The notes beneath the pieces are model-generated. The model ran no database searches and was not told the DNA's origin. It saw only the letters and a list, made by a program, of their open reading frames with translations. From positions 57,359 through 121,358 of the forward strand of contig JBARBE010000047.1 in NCBI GenBank assembly GCA_049792735.1: a stretch of DNA of 64,000 bases, read 5' to 3'. Made by a program: the position numbers and the translations under genes. This stretch comes from Candidatus Acidiferrum sp. (lineage in GTDB: Bacteria > Acidobacteriota > Terriglobia > Acidiferrales > UBA7541). Positions 36,497-46,919 of the stretch are shown one piece after another (position 1 is the stretch's first letter; each line of letters opens with the position of its first letter).

Positions 36497-38758
36497 TTAG
36501 CGTTGCATTAGTTCAGAGATGGTGACGGCCGCGCGATGGTTCCCTAGCGCGGCTTCGATCACGCGCGGCAACGCCTTCAAGGCAGGCTCGTTAGTGCCGT
36601 GGTACAGAATGATGTCTCCAGACGCAAAGCTGGTGCGATCGACCTGCGCTTCCACCTCTCCGGTAGCAGCGCGGTAGTCTTTTAGGTCGACGCTCCACAT
36701 CACCACCCGCTGGCCGGCTGCCCAAGCAGGGATGAGACTCCGAAGCGACAACTTGCCGTGAGGCGGGCGGAAGAGTTTGCATTTCTCACCCAGAATGCAG
36801 TTCAGGACAGATCGAGTCATTCCTATCTCTCGAATAGCGCCAGACCAGGAAAGGCGGTTGAAATACGGATGGCTGTAAGAGTGGCTGCCGACTTCGTGCC
36901 CCTCTTTCCTCATCCGCCGCACGAGCTCCGGATACTGCTCGGCAGCTCCCCCCACAACAAAGAAAGTGGCCTTCACTGCGTGATCCCGAAAAATGTCCAG
37001 CATCCGCGGAGTATGGACTGGATCCGGCCCGTCATCGACGGTGATGGCAATCTGCGGCCGCTCCCGGCTCCCATGCTCAAATAGTTGCCTGCTGGGAACT
37101 GCGCTGTAGAGAGCTTTCTTGAGCAGCGTGCGCCCGTTCGGTGCGTGCCCATTCGTGGCTGCAGGAGCGTTCTCTCGCCACAAGTAGGTGTCGCTGTAGT
37201 GTGTCGCGATATTTTCTTCGGGGACGGAACCATGAGCCGGATTTCGCTTCGGCTGCGCAGTCAGGCGCTGTAGGGCATCTTGTAGCTCTTGCACATTGCC
37301 ATGACGGATGAATGTGACAGTTGGCTGATTCAGGAGGACTTCTGGAACGCGGACAGCCGTCGTAATAATTGGGATGCGCGAAGACATGGCACGTAACACG
37401 GAAAGTGGGACTCCATCCTGCAACGAAACCAGAACATCGCAACCGAAGAGAGAGTCAGGCGTAGTCGATTCATCGGATACCCACCGAATTTTGGAACACA
37501 TTTCCTGAAGCGCTGCTTTATGAGCAAATTCTTGCGGATCGTTTGCACCGAAGATGACCAGCTTGGCGGGTCTGCCTGTCTTGCGCAGAATTGAAAATGC
37601 AGCAAGCAGGTGATCGAAGCTGCCATTGGGGTTTGGCGCAAATGCTGCACCTATCACGAACTCTTCGGAGCTCCATTGCAACTCTACTCTTGACGCATCA
37701 ACTGAGTTCGTCGTTAATGAAGGAAGGATCGGGTTTTTCGCATCTGCAGTGTCCAATTCCGCTCGGAACGCGCTAAACGATCGCCGGAGACCTTCAGCTG
37801 TAGGCACCAACTGCTTCCATCCGACGGAACGCAGTTTGGAGTTGTCGAAACAATTTCCGCCCCACTGGCTTGCGGCCTTGTAGGGTGTGAGGACTGCTGG
37901 CAATTGGCCCCTGGAAAAGCGGTTGTACCTCGCGACCAACGAGGAAAGTAATCGCACACCCCAGTAAGGTACAGAGACGGTTCGAATCTTCGCGACGCTC
38001 TTTTTGTAGGCTCGCAAGTATTGCCGACAAGTCGGCAGGTCGTCGTCATGGACGTTGTAGATCTGACCCGCAGCGCTCGGATGCGTGCCCGCAACCACGA
38101 CGGCTTCCGCGCAATTTTCGACGTAACTCAAGGGAAGCAAATTGCTACCCCCAAGGTGCAACTGCCACTTGCCAATCGTCAACCCGACACGGTTCGAAAA
38201 ATGGCCGCCACCAGGACCATAGATAACGCCGGGCCGCAGAACCACTAGTTCGAATCCATTGCGTTTCTGGTATTCCCAGAAGAGCTGTTCCTGGCGAAGT
38301 TTTGAGAAGGAGTAATGGTCGCGCCATTCGGGATGGGATTCGAGGGGGGTCTGTTCGTTCACCATTGCGCCACAGCCCAGGCCTGCCACTCCGTACACGC
38401 CGAAGGAACTCACTAAAACGATGCGCATCGGCTTGCGATCCGCAACGGCCTCCAGCAGATTCCTGGAAGCCACGACGGAATTGAGGAAAAGATCCGCAGC
38501 AGTTCCCTTCTTCCCTGCGACGAGATGGAAAATCAGCTGTACGCCATCTAAAGCTCGCGCGGCGTCCTCTCGATACCTCAGGTCGCCGACACAATAATCA
38601 AAACGAATCTGCGGATGTCGTTCGAGAAGCGCGTCTAACTTGGGAATATCTGTGCGCCGGCGGACGTTGCAACGGATATCTTTATAGCCGTGGGCAAGCA
38701 GACGTTCGAGCAGAGCCGCTCCCAGAAATCCTGCTGCGCCAGTAACGAGTATCTTCAT
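36497..38758 (-). CDS. Tri-domain fusion: SDR epimerase/dehydratase + GT-B C-terminal-like segment + NodB polysaccharide deacetylase
   Basis: The N-terminus has ILVTGAAGFLGAAL and YSFSK. The middle has LVIFGANDP...CDVLVSLQDGVPLSVLRAMSSRIPIITT. The C-terminus has ITVDDGPDPVHTPRMLD...ATFFVVG...GHEVGSHSYSHP. Confidence 0.8.
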   Translation of the reverse strand: MKILVTGAAGFLGAALLERLLAHGYKDIRCNVRRRTDIPKLDALLERHPQIRFDYCVGDLRYREDAARALDGVQLIFHLVAGKKGTAADLFLNSVVASRNLLEAVADRKPMRIVLVSSFGVYGVAGLGCGAMVNEQTPLESHPEWRDHYSFSKLRQEQLFWEYQKRNGFELVVLRPGVIYGPGGGHFSNRVGLTIGKWQLHLGGSNLLPLSYVENCAEAVVVAGTHPSAAGQIYNVHDDDLPTCRQYLRAYKKSVAKIRTVSVPYWGVRLLSSLVARYNRFSRGQLPAVLTPYKAASQWGGNCFDNSKLRSVGWKQLVPTAEGLRRSFSAFRAELDTADAKNPILPSLTTNSVDASRVELQWSSEEFVIGAAFAPNPNGSFDHLLAAFSILRKTGRPAKLVIFGANDPQEFAHKAALQEMCSKIRWVSDESTTPDSLFGCDVLVSLQDGVPLSVLRAMSSRIPIITTAVRVPEVLLNQPTVTFIRHGNVQELQDALQRLTAQPKRNPAHGSVPEENIATHYSDTYLWRENAPAATNGHAPNGRTLLKKALYSAVPSRQLFEHGSRERPQIAITVDDGPDPVHTPRMLDIFRDHAVKATFFVVGGAAEQYPELVRRMRKEGHEVGSHSYSHPYFNRLSWSGAIREIGMTRSVLNCILGEKCKLFRPPHGKLSLRSLIPAWAAGQRVVMWSVDLKDYRAATGEVEAQVDRTSFASGDIILYHGTNEPALKALPRVIEAALGNHRAAVTISELMQR

Positions 38759-39849
38759 GCCGCTTGCGCCGGGTAAACCTGTGCGGAGATTTCATCCATG
38801 ATTTGTGACACACGCAATATCTCCGGGTAGGGGATCGGTACGGGAGTGTCGTGTAGGATGCTTTCGTAAAATAGGGACAGTAACCGGTTCATCCCGGCAA
38901 AAAACTGAAAGCGTGACCCGGCAAACTCGTGGACATTGTGCGATGCTTGACGCAGAGACTGCCAGCCAGACTTAAACGGCGGCAACAAACGGCCCAATGC
39001 GCTCGGGATGGTCTGTTTGTTTTCGATTGACATGGTACGGAGCGCAAAATCAATGTGGGCAGTATTTTTGGTGCCGTACACCCGCAGGAAATGTCCAACT
39101 GGGCGCGCGTGCGAGGAAAAAGTGATATACGCAGACACGCCACCGGCAAAAATCATTACCCGCAGTTCGTCAAGAACGGCATCCGTCCGGTCATCCTTCA
39201 AATGCCGCCGCCGGTAGGCGCGAGCAAAGATTTCCATCGGCTCGTCAGGAAGGAATGGAGTAATTTTGTTGATGGCATGATCGATGATGTTTTGAAACAG
39301 CTTACCCGGCAATTGATGAACCCAGTGCCGATCATCGGCGAGGAGTGCCTGGCCAAATCCGCCTTCGAGGTCATACCCGTAGTAACTCTCCATGTGTATT
39401 GGATCGCCTAAGTTGCCTCTGGCGACGAATTCCTTTAGAGCCAGACCAGGGGCCTCGAAGTTGTACCAGTAATTGATGGTCAGCTTCCGGGCGGTTTGTT
39501 GCATACAATCGATCAGGCGCCGCCCATCTATTGCATTCAACGCAAGCGGCTTCTCGAGAAAAACATGGCAGCCTGCCTCAGCTGCCTTTTGTGCCAACGC
39601 CAGGTGAGAGTGCGGCGGGGTGGCAATATGAATTACGTCGAGCCGATGCTCGGAGAGCATGCGATCAAAATCAGCGTACCGATGCGGCACGGAATAACGA
39701 ACTGCGAGTTGCTCGGCCAAAATGGGCTCAAGGTCGCATACTGCAAGCACGCGCGCACAGCCGAGCTTTTGAATTTCCTCGATGTGGCCGTCAGCGATTT
39801 TCCCGCAGCCAACAATTCCTATATTCAGCATCAATTTCTTTCGATACAA
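38755..39849 (-). CDS. Gfo/Idh/MocA family oxidoreductase
   Basis: Contains IGIVGCGKIADGH and EKPLA. The more likely start is the ATG at 39831 (MLNIGIVG), which overlaps the upstream stop by 1 nt. Confidence 0.85.
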   Translation of the reverse strand: MYRKKLMLNIGIVGCGKIADGHIEEIQKLGCARVLAVCDLEPILAEQLAVRYSVPHRYADFDRMLSEHRLDVIHIATPPHSHLALAQKAAEAGCHVFLEKPLALNAIDGRRLIDCMQQTARKLTINYWYNFEAPGLALKEFVARGNLGDPIHMESYYGYDLEGGFGQALLADDRHWVHQLPGKLFQNIIDHAINKITPFLPDEPMEIFARAYRRRHLKDDRTDAVLDELRVMIFAGGVSAYITFSSHARPVGHFLRVYGTKNTAHIDFALRTMSIENKQTIPSALGRLLPPFKSGWQSLRQASHNVHEFAGSRFQFFAGMNRLLSLFYESILHDTPVPIPYPEILRVSQIMDEISAQVYPAQAA

Positions 39850-40922
39850 ACACCGACTGGATCAATTTGGCCGGTGTGCGCTGCAACTAGGGGATCGCGG
39901 CCTAGTCCGATTGCATCAATCGCCAAGTACATCTGCCACGCGGAGACAAAATGAATGGCGCACGAGCGCCGTTCAGCTTCCTCCACCAGCATGTTGAATG
40001 CCGACTCGAGCACGTCTCGCAATAAGGCTGAGGAGTTTCGGTCTTGCGCTCCGTGCGTAAATAATTTGATAAAACTATCGTTTCCAATCCTGGGAGCTAA
40101 TTCCACCCACCGCCTTACGCGATACGGTGTCGCCACGTTTCCACAGCGAAGTTCTCCTGTTTCGAGCCGGGGGAGCCAACGATCTCTCCAGCGCATGCCA
40201 AGCGGCCCGGGAATCATGAGCAAGTCACCTCGAACGCCTCCGCCAGGCGTTACAGGCGCGCCGGAATCATACGATTTCGCTCGACCGGGATCGCCGTTGC
40301 AGTAGTAAATCGTGTTTACCAAACGAGCTTGCGTTGGAGAGTCGCCGGATGGCATTGTGAAATCGGCATAACAGCCAAGATCTCGAAGCACTCGGATTTC
40401 ATCGTTGAGCCCGCACAAGCGGCCATCCGGCCGCGAATTGTCCAGAGCCCAGTTGCCGTGGATAAAGCCAAACGTCAGCTTCCCATCGCGCTTGCGGAGC
40501 AGGCCGTGCTCGCTATGTAGTACGTTGCAAAAGTTTCTTATACGGTCGACAAAGTTCTGACGGCCTTCGCCGTCGTGGTGTATATGGACCTCAACGTCCG
40601 CTATCTCTTCACGAACCATTTCCGCCAGTGGTTCCATCAGCGTCGGATGATATTCCTCTTCCGGAAAGAAGAAGGTATATCGAGGCATGTTGCCAAAGGA
40701 ATCGGGTTTGCATCGCCTGGCAATTCTCGGCCATGCAGCGCGCCATGCGGCGACGCGCGACTGCGCGGTGGCTAAATCAGCGTGCCGCCACTTGGGTTCG
40801 TAATGGTCCGCAATGGACACCCAGATTCGCTCAAGGGGGACAGCACCGCGCTGTGTAATCTGCCGCAGCCGTTGCTTGACGTAGGAGGGACCCCAGATTT
40901 GTGAATTGTGAATTAATTGCAT
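39831..40922 (-). CDS. Conserved hypothetical protein, possibly a divergent carbohydrate esterase/deacetylase-fold enzyme
   Basis: 363-aa ORF embedded in the operon. Possible metal-ligand-like patterns are SIADHYEP, VHIHHDGEG and FIHGNWALDN. No family was confidently recognised. Confidence 0.6.
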   Translation of the reverse strand: MQLIHNSQIWGPSYVKQRLRQITQRGAVPLERIWVSIADHYEPKWRHADLATAQSRVAAWRAAWPRIARRCKPDSFGNMPRYTFFFPEEEYHPTLMEPLAEMVREEIADVEVHIHHDGEGRQNFVDRIRNFCNVLHSEHGLLRKRDGKLTFGFIHGNWALDNSRPDGRLCGLNDEIRVLRDLGCYADFTMPSGDSPTQARLVNTIYYCNGDPGRAKSYDSGAPVTPGGGVRGDLLMIPGPLGMRWRDRWLPRLETGELRCGNVATPYRVRRWVELAPRIGNDSFIKLFTHGAQDRNSSALLRDVLESAFNMLVEEAERRSCAIHFVSAWQMYLAIDAIGLGRDPLVAAHTGQIDPVGVCIERN

Positions 40923-40952
40923 GTTGGCGCGTCTAGGTTGGTGTGGATCGAA

Positions 40953-42158
40953 TCACCGACTCAACACAGTCGCAGCTTTGACCGGTAGGTGCCGTTTCTC
41001 TCTTCCCTGCTGCAGAGCCAGCTCACAGATACGAAGTAATTCCTCCGCAGCTTCATCCCAACTTCTGCGAAATTGTTCCGATATGAAATGTTCGTCCCAA
41101 CGCCGGTCCATCGCCTTTTCAATTGCACCCCCAAGTGCTCGCGAGTTTCGTGGAGCAATCAAAATCCCGGACTCTTCATTGACTAGCTCGAGAATTCCCC
41201 CGACATTGGTTGCGATCACGGGGCGTCCGCAGCTGAGGGCTTCGATGACCACGTTGGGGTACCCCTCGTTGTAGCTCGGCAAGGCGAGCACATTCGCTGC
41301 CGCGAGCCACTGGGCAACTCCCTGAGACGAACAGGGACCGTTTAGAGCGATTCGATCTTCGAGCCCGAGATGTTTGGCTTTACTCCGCAAATGCTCGCCG
41401 CCCGGCCCATCCCCGACAAAAGCCAATCGCAGGTTTGGACGGCGGCCGGCAAGGGACGCAAAAGCCTCGAGCAATTCCTCGATACCCTTAGCTATATCCA
41501 AACGCCCGACGAACAACACGAGTTCGGCCTTATCGTCAACGGCTAGCTGCACGCGAGCCGCACGCCGGTCTCCCAAGTGAAAGACGCTCGGATTGCAGCC
41601 ATTACGGATCGTTCGGACCTTCGAGGCGCTGATTCCCATGTCGATGGCCCGCTGGCGCAGATGTTCACTTTTCGTCACAACAAAGTTTGCACGTTTCATT
41701 GCGATTTTCGTCAACCACCTGGAAATCGGGTCAACAAAGCGATTTAAGTCAGAGCCAATCGAGCCTACAACGGCTGGAATGCCAAGGCTGCGAGCCACCG
41801 CGACGGCGGCGTAGCCTTCGGGATAGAGCCAGAAGTTGCAAACTACGTTCGTAGGGCTTTCGCGGATGTATGGTGCAAGGTATTTCGCGCAAACCAAACC
41901 ATTAATGCATCTGGTCACACCAGGAAGAGCTGGATATTCGAAGTAACGCGTGGCCACGCCAGGTGGAGAATAGGACAGATCAGGATGGCGATGGTCATAA
42001 CGCGGCTGAAACCATTTCGGATAGCGCGGAAAAGGACAGATAACATTTACATCCGCGCGTTTTGAGAGTGCCAAAACGATCTCGTATTCGGAGTGGCCGC
42101 GATACGGTTGCGCCGGAATAGGAAAAATAGGCGTAACCACTGTAACTTTCAATCTCAT
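40953..42158 (-). CDS. Glycosyltransferase family 4
   Basis: The true start is the ATG at 42158 (MRLKVTVVTPIFP), forming an ATGA overlap with the upstream stop. Contains EGYPNVVIEALSCGRPVIATNVGG. The track's 543-aa version runs into the upstream gene. Confidence 0.85.
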   Translation of the reverse strand: MRLKVTVVTPIFPIPAQPYRGHSEYEIVLALSKRADVNVICPFPRYPKWFQPRYDHRHPDLSYSPPGVATRYFEYPALPGVTRCINGLVCAKYLAPYIRESPTNVVCNFWLYPEGYAAVAVARSLGIPAVVGSIGSDLNRFVDPISRWLTKIAMKRANFVVTKSEHLRQRAIDMGISASKVRTIRNGCNPSVFHLGDRRAARVQLAVDDKAELVLFVGRLDIAKGIEELLEAFASLAGRRPNLRLAFVGDGPGGEHLRSKAKHLGLEDRIALNGPCSSQGVAQWLAAANVLALPSYNEGYPNVVIEALSCGRPVIATNVGGILELVNEESGILIAPRNSRALGGAIEKAMDRRWDEHFISEQFRRSWDEAAEELLRICELALQQGREKRHLPVKAATVLSR

Positions 42159-43450
42159 CGCGCCACACCCCGGGTTCTTAATTGATCGTCTAAAGTCAGA
42201 TTGAGCATTGCTGCGTTCCAATCGGCGCCCTCCTGGCCATCCGTTGCGAACGTAGCAGATGCTCCAGAGTTCCAAATTTTCCAAAGTGGCCCGCGTGTGA
42301 AGAGGAACTTGTAGAAGCCGACGAGTACGGCAGCATTCAACATGCAGAAGGCGCTCGCCGGGGCAGCTACGCGGGTCAGGTTGGGAATGGCTCGCCCGGT
42401 CCCTAGAGCGGCGAGCGCATAGAAACCAATCTGTGCAACCAGCGCACCCGCGTAGAGCATCGATCGGCTTGCCAACAATGCGCTGCTGAGGAGAAGTATC
42501 ACCAGCAGGACGGGCACTAACAAACGCAGCAACTTGTGAGAGATTAATTCGAATCGTAATCGGTTCTGCCGCGACAGCAACCATGGAGCAAGTTGTATCA
42601 GTTGGAAGTTGCCCGCTAGCGTTCGGACCTTGCGATGAAATTCCCCGCGCAAACTCTTGGGCCAGATGTCATAGACTCGCGCACGCACGTCCAGGACCGA
42701 CCGATAACCTTGGCGAATCACATTAAGCGGCTGCAGCATGTCGTCTAGAATGGTTCCCTCGGGCAGCGCGCTCGCCAGTCTGCGACGTATCGCATAAAAC
42801 CCTCCGTACACTCCCAGCGGCGAATCGACTTTTGCCTCGCAATTGCGAATCCATTGCTCATATCGCCAGTAGAGACCTCCGACGGCCTTGGCGCCGGCAT
42901 CGTGCCCAGCATCGCGCAACACTAACTCTCCGGTGACACATCCGACTCGAGGATCTTCAAAGTTGCTGATTAGGAGCTGCAGGGCATTGCTTCCCATCCA
43001 AGGGCGAATGTCGAGGAATAGCAGAATTTCTCCTGTGGCGCTCTGCATTCCTATGTTTAGAGCTGCCGCTTTTCCGGATTGCTGCGGGCATCGGAAGCAT
43101 TTGACGCGCGGGTCTTGTAATTCCCTGAGAATATGGTCGGTACCATCCGTCGAACCGTCCGATACGATCTCGATTTCAATTCGATCTCGTGGATAATCCA
43201 GCGACAGCAGATGAGCGATTTTCTGTCGAAGCAGGGCCGCACCGTTGTGGACAGCCAGGATGATGCTCACCGTGGGAAGTATCGATCCTTGCCGCTGGGG
43301 GTGTGGTCGCAAGCGGCTGCGCAAATACATCCAGATCGGGTATCCCGCATAGGTATAGAGCATGAGGCATGCAGCACACCAAAATCCGTACATAAGAACG
43401 TGTGTTGCACTCATATCGTCCTCTTGTGTTTGAATGGCCTTACTGTTCAA
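42155..43450 (-). CDS. Membrane-embedded glycosyltransferase family 2
   Basis: Contains VSIILAVHNGA, IVSDGSTDGT and LFLDIRP, flanked by N- and C-terminal transmembrane segments. Confidence 0.85.
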   Translation of the reverse strand: MNSKAIQTQEDDMSATHVLMYGFWCAACLMLYTYAGYPIWMYLRSRLRPHPQRQGSILPTVSIILAVHNGAALLRQKIAHLLSLDYPRDRIEIEIVSDGSTDGTDHILRELQDPRVKCFRCPQQSGKAAALNIGMQSATGEILLFLDIRPWMGSNALQLLISNFEDPRVGCVTGELVLRDAGHDAGAKAVGGLYWRYEQWIRNCEAKVDSPLGVYGGFYAIRRRLASALPEGTILDDMLQPLNVIRQGYRSVLDVRARVYDIWPKSLRGEFHRKVRTLAGNFQLIQLAPWLLSRQNRLRFELISHKLLRLLVPVLLVILLLSSALLASRSMLYAGALVAQIGFYALAALGTGRAIPNLTRVAAPASAFCMLNAAVLVGFYKFLFTRGPLWKIWNSGASATFATDGQEGADWNAAMLNLTLDDQLRTRGVAR

Positions 43451-43570
43451 AGCAGCACTCGGACCGGGTGGAATGCGCTTGGCCTTGCTTTTTAGTGGCT
43501 TTTTGGAGGGTGCACGGTGGCATCAGCATCGCGCCGGCCGCGGCATGCGTGTCAGTTCGAAATGTGATGT

Positions 43571-45031
43571 TCAGTGTCGAAGGCGAACTAGACAGTAGAT
43601 CAGAAAGATGAGCAACACTTCGGCGGTCAGCGTAGAGACTATCCAGCGGCCGCGATCAGGCGTCTTGCGATCGCCTTGTTGAAGCGCAATCGTTGCGGCC
43701 GCCAGTCCCAGAACCAGGTACATTGTTGTCGTGTAGCTGCGCGATAAGAACCACGCGGTCGCCATAAACGAGACCAGCGCCAGACGCATAGCCACAATCC
43801 ACTGGCGTGGCACCCCCGGCGAGTCAACCGGTGCAATGCGTGCTTCGAATTCCGGAACATTAGTGCTGACCATGGCGGGCAGCGCTTCGGACGCATACTC
43901 GTATTTCAGCGCGATGATTTCACTCGAACTGGCAGGCGCTAGAGCGAACGAACCAATATCTCCTATAGCACTGGATTCAAAAAGGGTCAGCAGCCCGAGT
44001 AGTTTGGTTGGCTGCTTCTTCGTTTGGTTTCCAATGATGCGATTCAGTCCGATCGTCGTTGTTACGAGCAATCCCATCCACAACGTGCTACCTAGTAATC
44101 CAAGTTCAGCAAGGCAGAGGACGAAAGAATTGTGCGCGGTGATCTGGTACAAATCCGTAAAGTTGCCGAATCCGATCCCCAACAACGGAGCGCTCTTGAA
44201 CATTTCGAGTCCATTGGCCCAAGCCTCTAGCCGGTCAGCGCCGTCGGCGGCTGAGATCCCACGGCCTCCAGTGAAATCCAGAGCCAGCATGCCAAAGATG
44301 AATACGGCAGCCAGAGCCGTGGACGCGGGTGTGCCTAGTTTTTTCCGGCATGCCATAAGCGCAACAGCAGCCAGGGCTAGCAATCCTCCGCGGGAATGTG
44401 TCAGAAAAGTAGTCCATAGCAGCACGGCGGACGGCAAAAGCACGAGGAGGGAGTTAGTGACCATGCGGCCTCGCCGCCATGCTACAAAGATGAGCGGAAG
44501 CGCAATCAAAAGAATTTGTGCAAGATCATTCGGATCGCTCAGAAAGCCGGCGCCGCGTATTCGCGCCAATTGTCCTATAACGTCACCGTGCGGAGAGTAG
44601 AGATTGGTCCTTAAGATGAACATCTCTCCTTGAAAGCCTGCGTAATATCCGCACAGTGCCTCCACGGTGACAATGAGGCACGATGCGACTGCTGCCAGTG
44701 TTGCGATCTTGAGTCTACGAATTGTCGTTACATTTACGATAATGAAGAAAAACACCGCCGCGCTCGGCAGGAAGATTCGCCAACTTTCGAGAACCCCGCC
44801 AAGCCATCCGCTAGCCACCTCTGACAAGGAGATTGCACCGATAAACCCGAGCAGCAGATAAGTCTGTACCGACGATTTCCAAAACTTGTAAGTAGCCATG
44901 CTGGGTAGAGAAGCTAAAGCTGTAATCCCGGCGAGGTACATTAAGGCGTGATAGCTGGCCCATGCCTTTCCAAATTGCTCCGGCGAGATAATCGTAACTA
45001 CGATGTAGACGATCGTGAGCGCGAATCCCAT
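43571..45031 (-). CDS. O-antigen ligase/polymerase-like (Wzy-type) membrane protein
   Basis: 486 aa and polytopic. The Wzy_C-like block is LTHSRGGLLALAAVALMA. Confidence 0.8.
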   Translation of the reverse strand: MGFALTIVYIVVTIISPEQFGKAWASYHALMYLAGITALASLPSMATYKFWKSSVQTYLLLGFIGAISLSEVASGWLGGVLESWRIFLPSAAVFFFIIVNVTTIRRLKIATLAAVASCLIVTVEALCGYYAGFQGEMFILRTNLYSPHGDVIGQLARIRGAGFLSDPNDLAQILLIALPLIFVAWRRGRMVTNSLLVLLPSAVLLWTTFLTHSRGGLLALAAVALMACRKKLGTPASTALAAVFIFGMLALDFTGGRGISAADGADRLEAWANGLEMFKSAPLLGIGFGNFTDLYQITAHNSFVLCLAELGLLGSTLWMGLLVTTTIGLNRIIGNQTKKQPTKLLGLLTLFESSAIGDIGSFALAPASSSEIIALKYEYASEALPAMVSTNVPEFEARIAPVDSPGVPRQWIVAMRLALVSFMATAWFLSRSYTTTMYLVLGLAAATIALQQGDRKTPDRGRWIVSTLTAEVLLIFLIYCLVRLRH

Positions 45032-45146
45032 GATTACGTGGCTATTCCCGATGGCATTCTCTGGCTCGTCAAACGGCTCGCCAATTTTTCAAGAGTGTGT
45101 CTGCAGGAAAACGAGACTGATTCTCGCGGTAAGCAGAGTGCCTGTA

Positions 45147-46577
45147 TCACTTGGCGCCGCGGCTTAACAGAACAGTCTTGATCGTCTTCAAAACGATCAG
45201 TAGATCCAACCCCAGAGAACTATTCTTGATGTAATAGAGATCGTAGCGGAGTTTTTCTTTGGCGTCTTCGACCGAACTGCCATACTTGTAAAGAATTTGT
45301 GCCCAGCCAGTGATCCCTGGACGAACGGCGTGCCGCAAGTGGTAGTAAGGAATCTGCTCATTCAACGCCGCAACAAACTCGGGCCGCTCTGGGCGCGGAC
45401 CCACCAGGCTCATGTCGCCCTTAAACACGTTTAGTAACTGGGGTATTTCGTCGATGCGCGTCTTGCGAAGGAATCTCCCCACCGGCGTGATTCGAGGATC
45501 GTTGTCCTCTGCCCAGATGGGCCCGCTGTCCGCCTCGGCGTCGGAGCGCATCGTACGGAATTTGTAGCAGCGAAAAATCTTATCGTCGCGTCCCACACGA
45601 TTCTGCCAGTACAACACGCGGCCACGTGAACTTAGCTTGATGGCCAGAATGACAAACGGAATCAGCGGCAGACTGAGCAGCAATCCGACGATCGAAACCA
45701 TCACCGATGCAAACCGCTTATAGATTAGGAAGAGCTTCGACGCGTGTGCGCCTGGCGAGAATAGCAGCCAGCTCAATCGGATGGATTCAATTGGAACCTT
45801 TCCTGTCATCGATTCGTAGACATCATTTCCATCTTGAACTAGCACGCCGCGATTTTTCAGTGAAAGCAATAAATCCACCGGTAGTTGCCCACGGCGCTCC
45901 TCCATCGCCACGACGATCCGGTCGATGCCTCGAACAGGGCGGCCGATAGCCAGCCCCTCGCAGAAGGTGGTTTGCGAAAGAACGAGCGGCACCTTACCAG
46001 TCTCCCGACTGCCAGGATGGTTTTCGAGTGCGGGCAACGGCGCACGGCCCGCTACGCACATCCCCAGCTCGGGCCGCATTTTGATTTCATGCAAGAGAGA
46101 ATCGGCCAGCGTTCCCTCACCCAAAATCATCACGCGCTCGGCTAACCCCGCCGTGCTATTGATAATGGAAAACAGCTTGCGCCACCCGAGCAGCAGCAAC
46201 CCAACAAACAGAAAACCGATATTAAAAATCCCACGGCCCAATTTTACCGGCGGGTAGAGGTAGTAGAGGAGACCCAGAGTTATGTACGCTACGCCCAACA
46301 CCTGAATGAGTCGAACAAGCGCTTCGCGCCGATTGCCTACAATCGCGGAGTCATAGAGGTCGAAATAATACATGCAAACCAGAAAAGCGGCCGATACGAA
46401 CAGAATTTTCACGAAGCCGTACTGGTATGTGAGCATGAAGCTCGCTCCCTCGGGCCCCAGCCGCGCTAGGGCAGATGCCGCGAGAGCTAATGAGATCAGA
46501 CAAGCTTCTGATATTCCTAAAAGAAGCGTGCGTTTAGGGATGTAGGCATTCAAGAAACGGATCAAGGAAAGCTCCAA
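45147..46577 (-). CDS. Polyprenyl-phosphate sugar-phosphate transferase (bacterial sugar transferase, EpsB/WbaP-like initiating enzyme)
   Basis: The C-terminal domain reads [15 protein letters not shown]...FRCYKFRTM...[42 protein letters not shown]. Confidence 0.9.
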   Translation of the reverse strand: MELSLIRFLNAYIPKRTLLLGISEACLISLALAASALARLGPEGASFMLTYQYGFVKILFVSAAFLVCMYYFDLYDSAIVGNRREALVRLIQVLGVAYITLGLLYYLYPPVKLGRGIFNIGFLFVGLLLLGWRKLFSIINSTAGLAERVMILGEGTLADSLLHEIKMRPELGMCVAGRAPLPALENHPGSRETGKVPLVLSQTTFCEGLAIGRPVRGIDRIVVAMEERRGQLPVDLLLSLKNRGVLVQDGNDVYESMTGKVPIESIRLSWLLFSPGAHASKLFLIYKRFASVMVSIVGLLLSLPLIPFVILAIKLSSRGRVLYWQNRVGRDDKIFRCYKFRTMRSDAEADSGPIWAEDNDPRITPVGRFLRKTRIDEIPQLLNVFKGDMSLVGPRPERPEFVAALNEQIPYYHLRHAVRPGITGWAQILYKYGSSVEDAKEKLRYDLYYIKNSSLGLDLLIVLKTIKTVLLSRGAK

Positions 46578-46634
46578 GTAACTTGGGCGTCAAAGGAGAC
46601 GAGTCTCGCGGGCCGCGCTAAACAGAGCACATTG

Positions 46635-46919
46635 TTATTGCCCTCCATTGCGCCGACGCCGAACAATAGCTCCCCCGATCAACAACACAGCGCCGAAGAG
46701 TAGCGCAGTGGCCGGCTCCGGAACGGGTGCTGGCCCCGGATCAATGGGAGTCGCTGGGGAATTGAAAGCCTGGAGTGGATCTTGTTTGGGGCAGCCCCAA
46801 CTCAGCAAGACGGCCACTAGAGTCAGACCAAGAATCAAACGTCTCGGTCGGATCCTCGATTCGAATTTTGATGCAAAGCGAGGGAGACGCAGTGCAAAGA
46901 ACCGGTTTATGTTTCTCAT
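46635..46919 (-). CDS. Miniature PEP-CTERM protein (putative exosortase substrate)
   Basis: 94 aa from the ATG at 46919. The C-terminus PAPVPEPATALLFGAVLLIGGAIVRRRRNGGQ is a PEP motif plus a transmembrane helix plus an Arg cluster. The N-terminal signal has a possible lipobox (LLSWGC). Confidence 0.7.
   Translation of the reverse strand: MRNINRFFALRLPRFASKFESRIRPRRLILGLTLVAVLLSWGCPKQDPLQAFNSPATPIDPGPAPVPEPATALLFGAVLLIGGAIVRRRRNGGQ

Noticed and set aside
42159-42584. N-terminal 142-aa extension of the GT4 ORF (the track gives 40953-42584).
   Set aside because: The extension overlaps the C-terminal transmembrane region of the upstream GT2 gene in another frame. An ATGA-coupled start at 42158 gives a canonical GT4 N-terminus.
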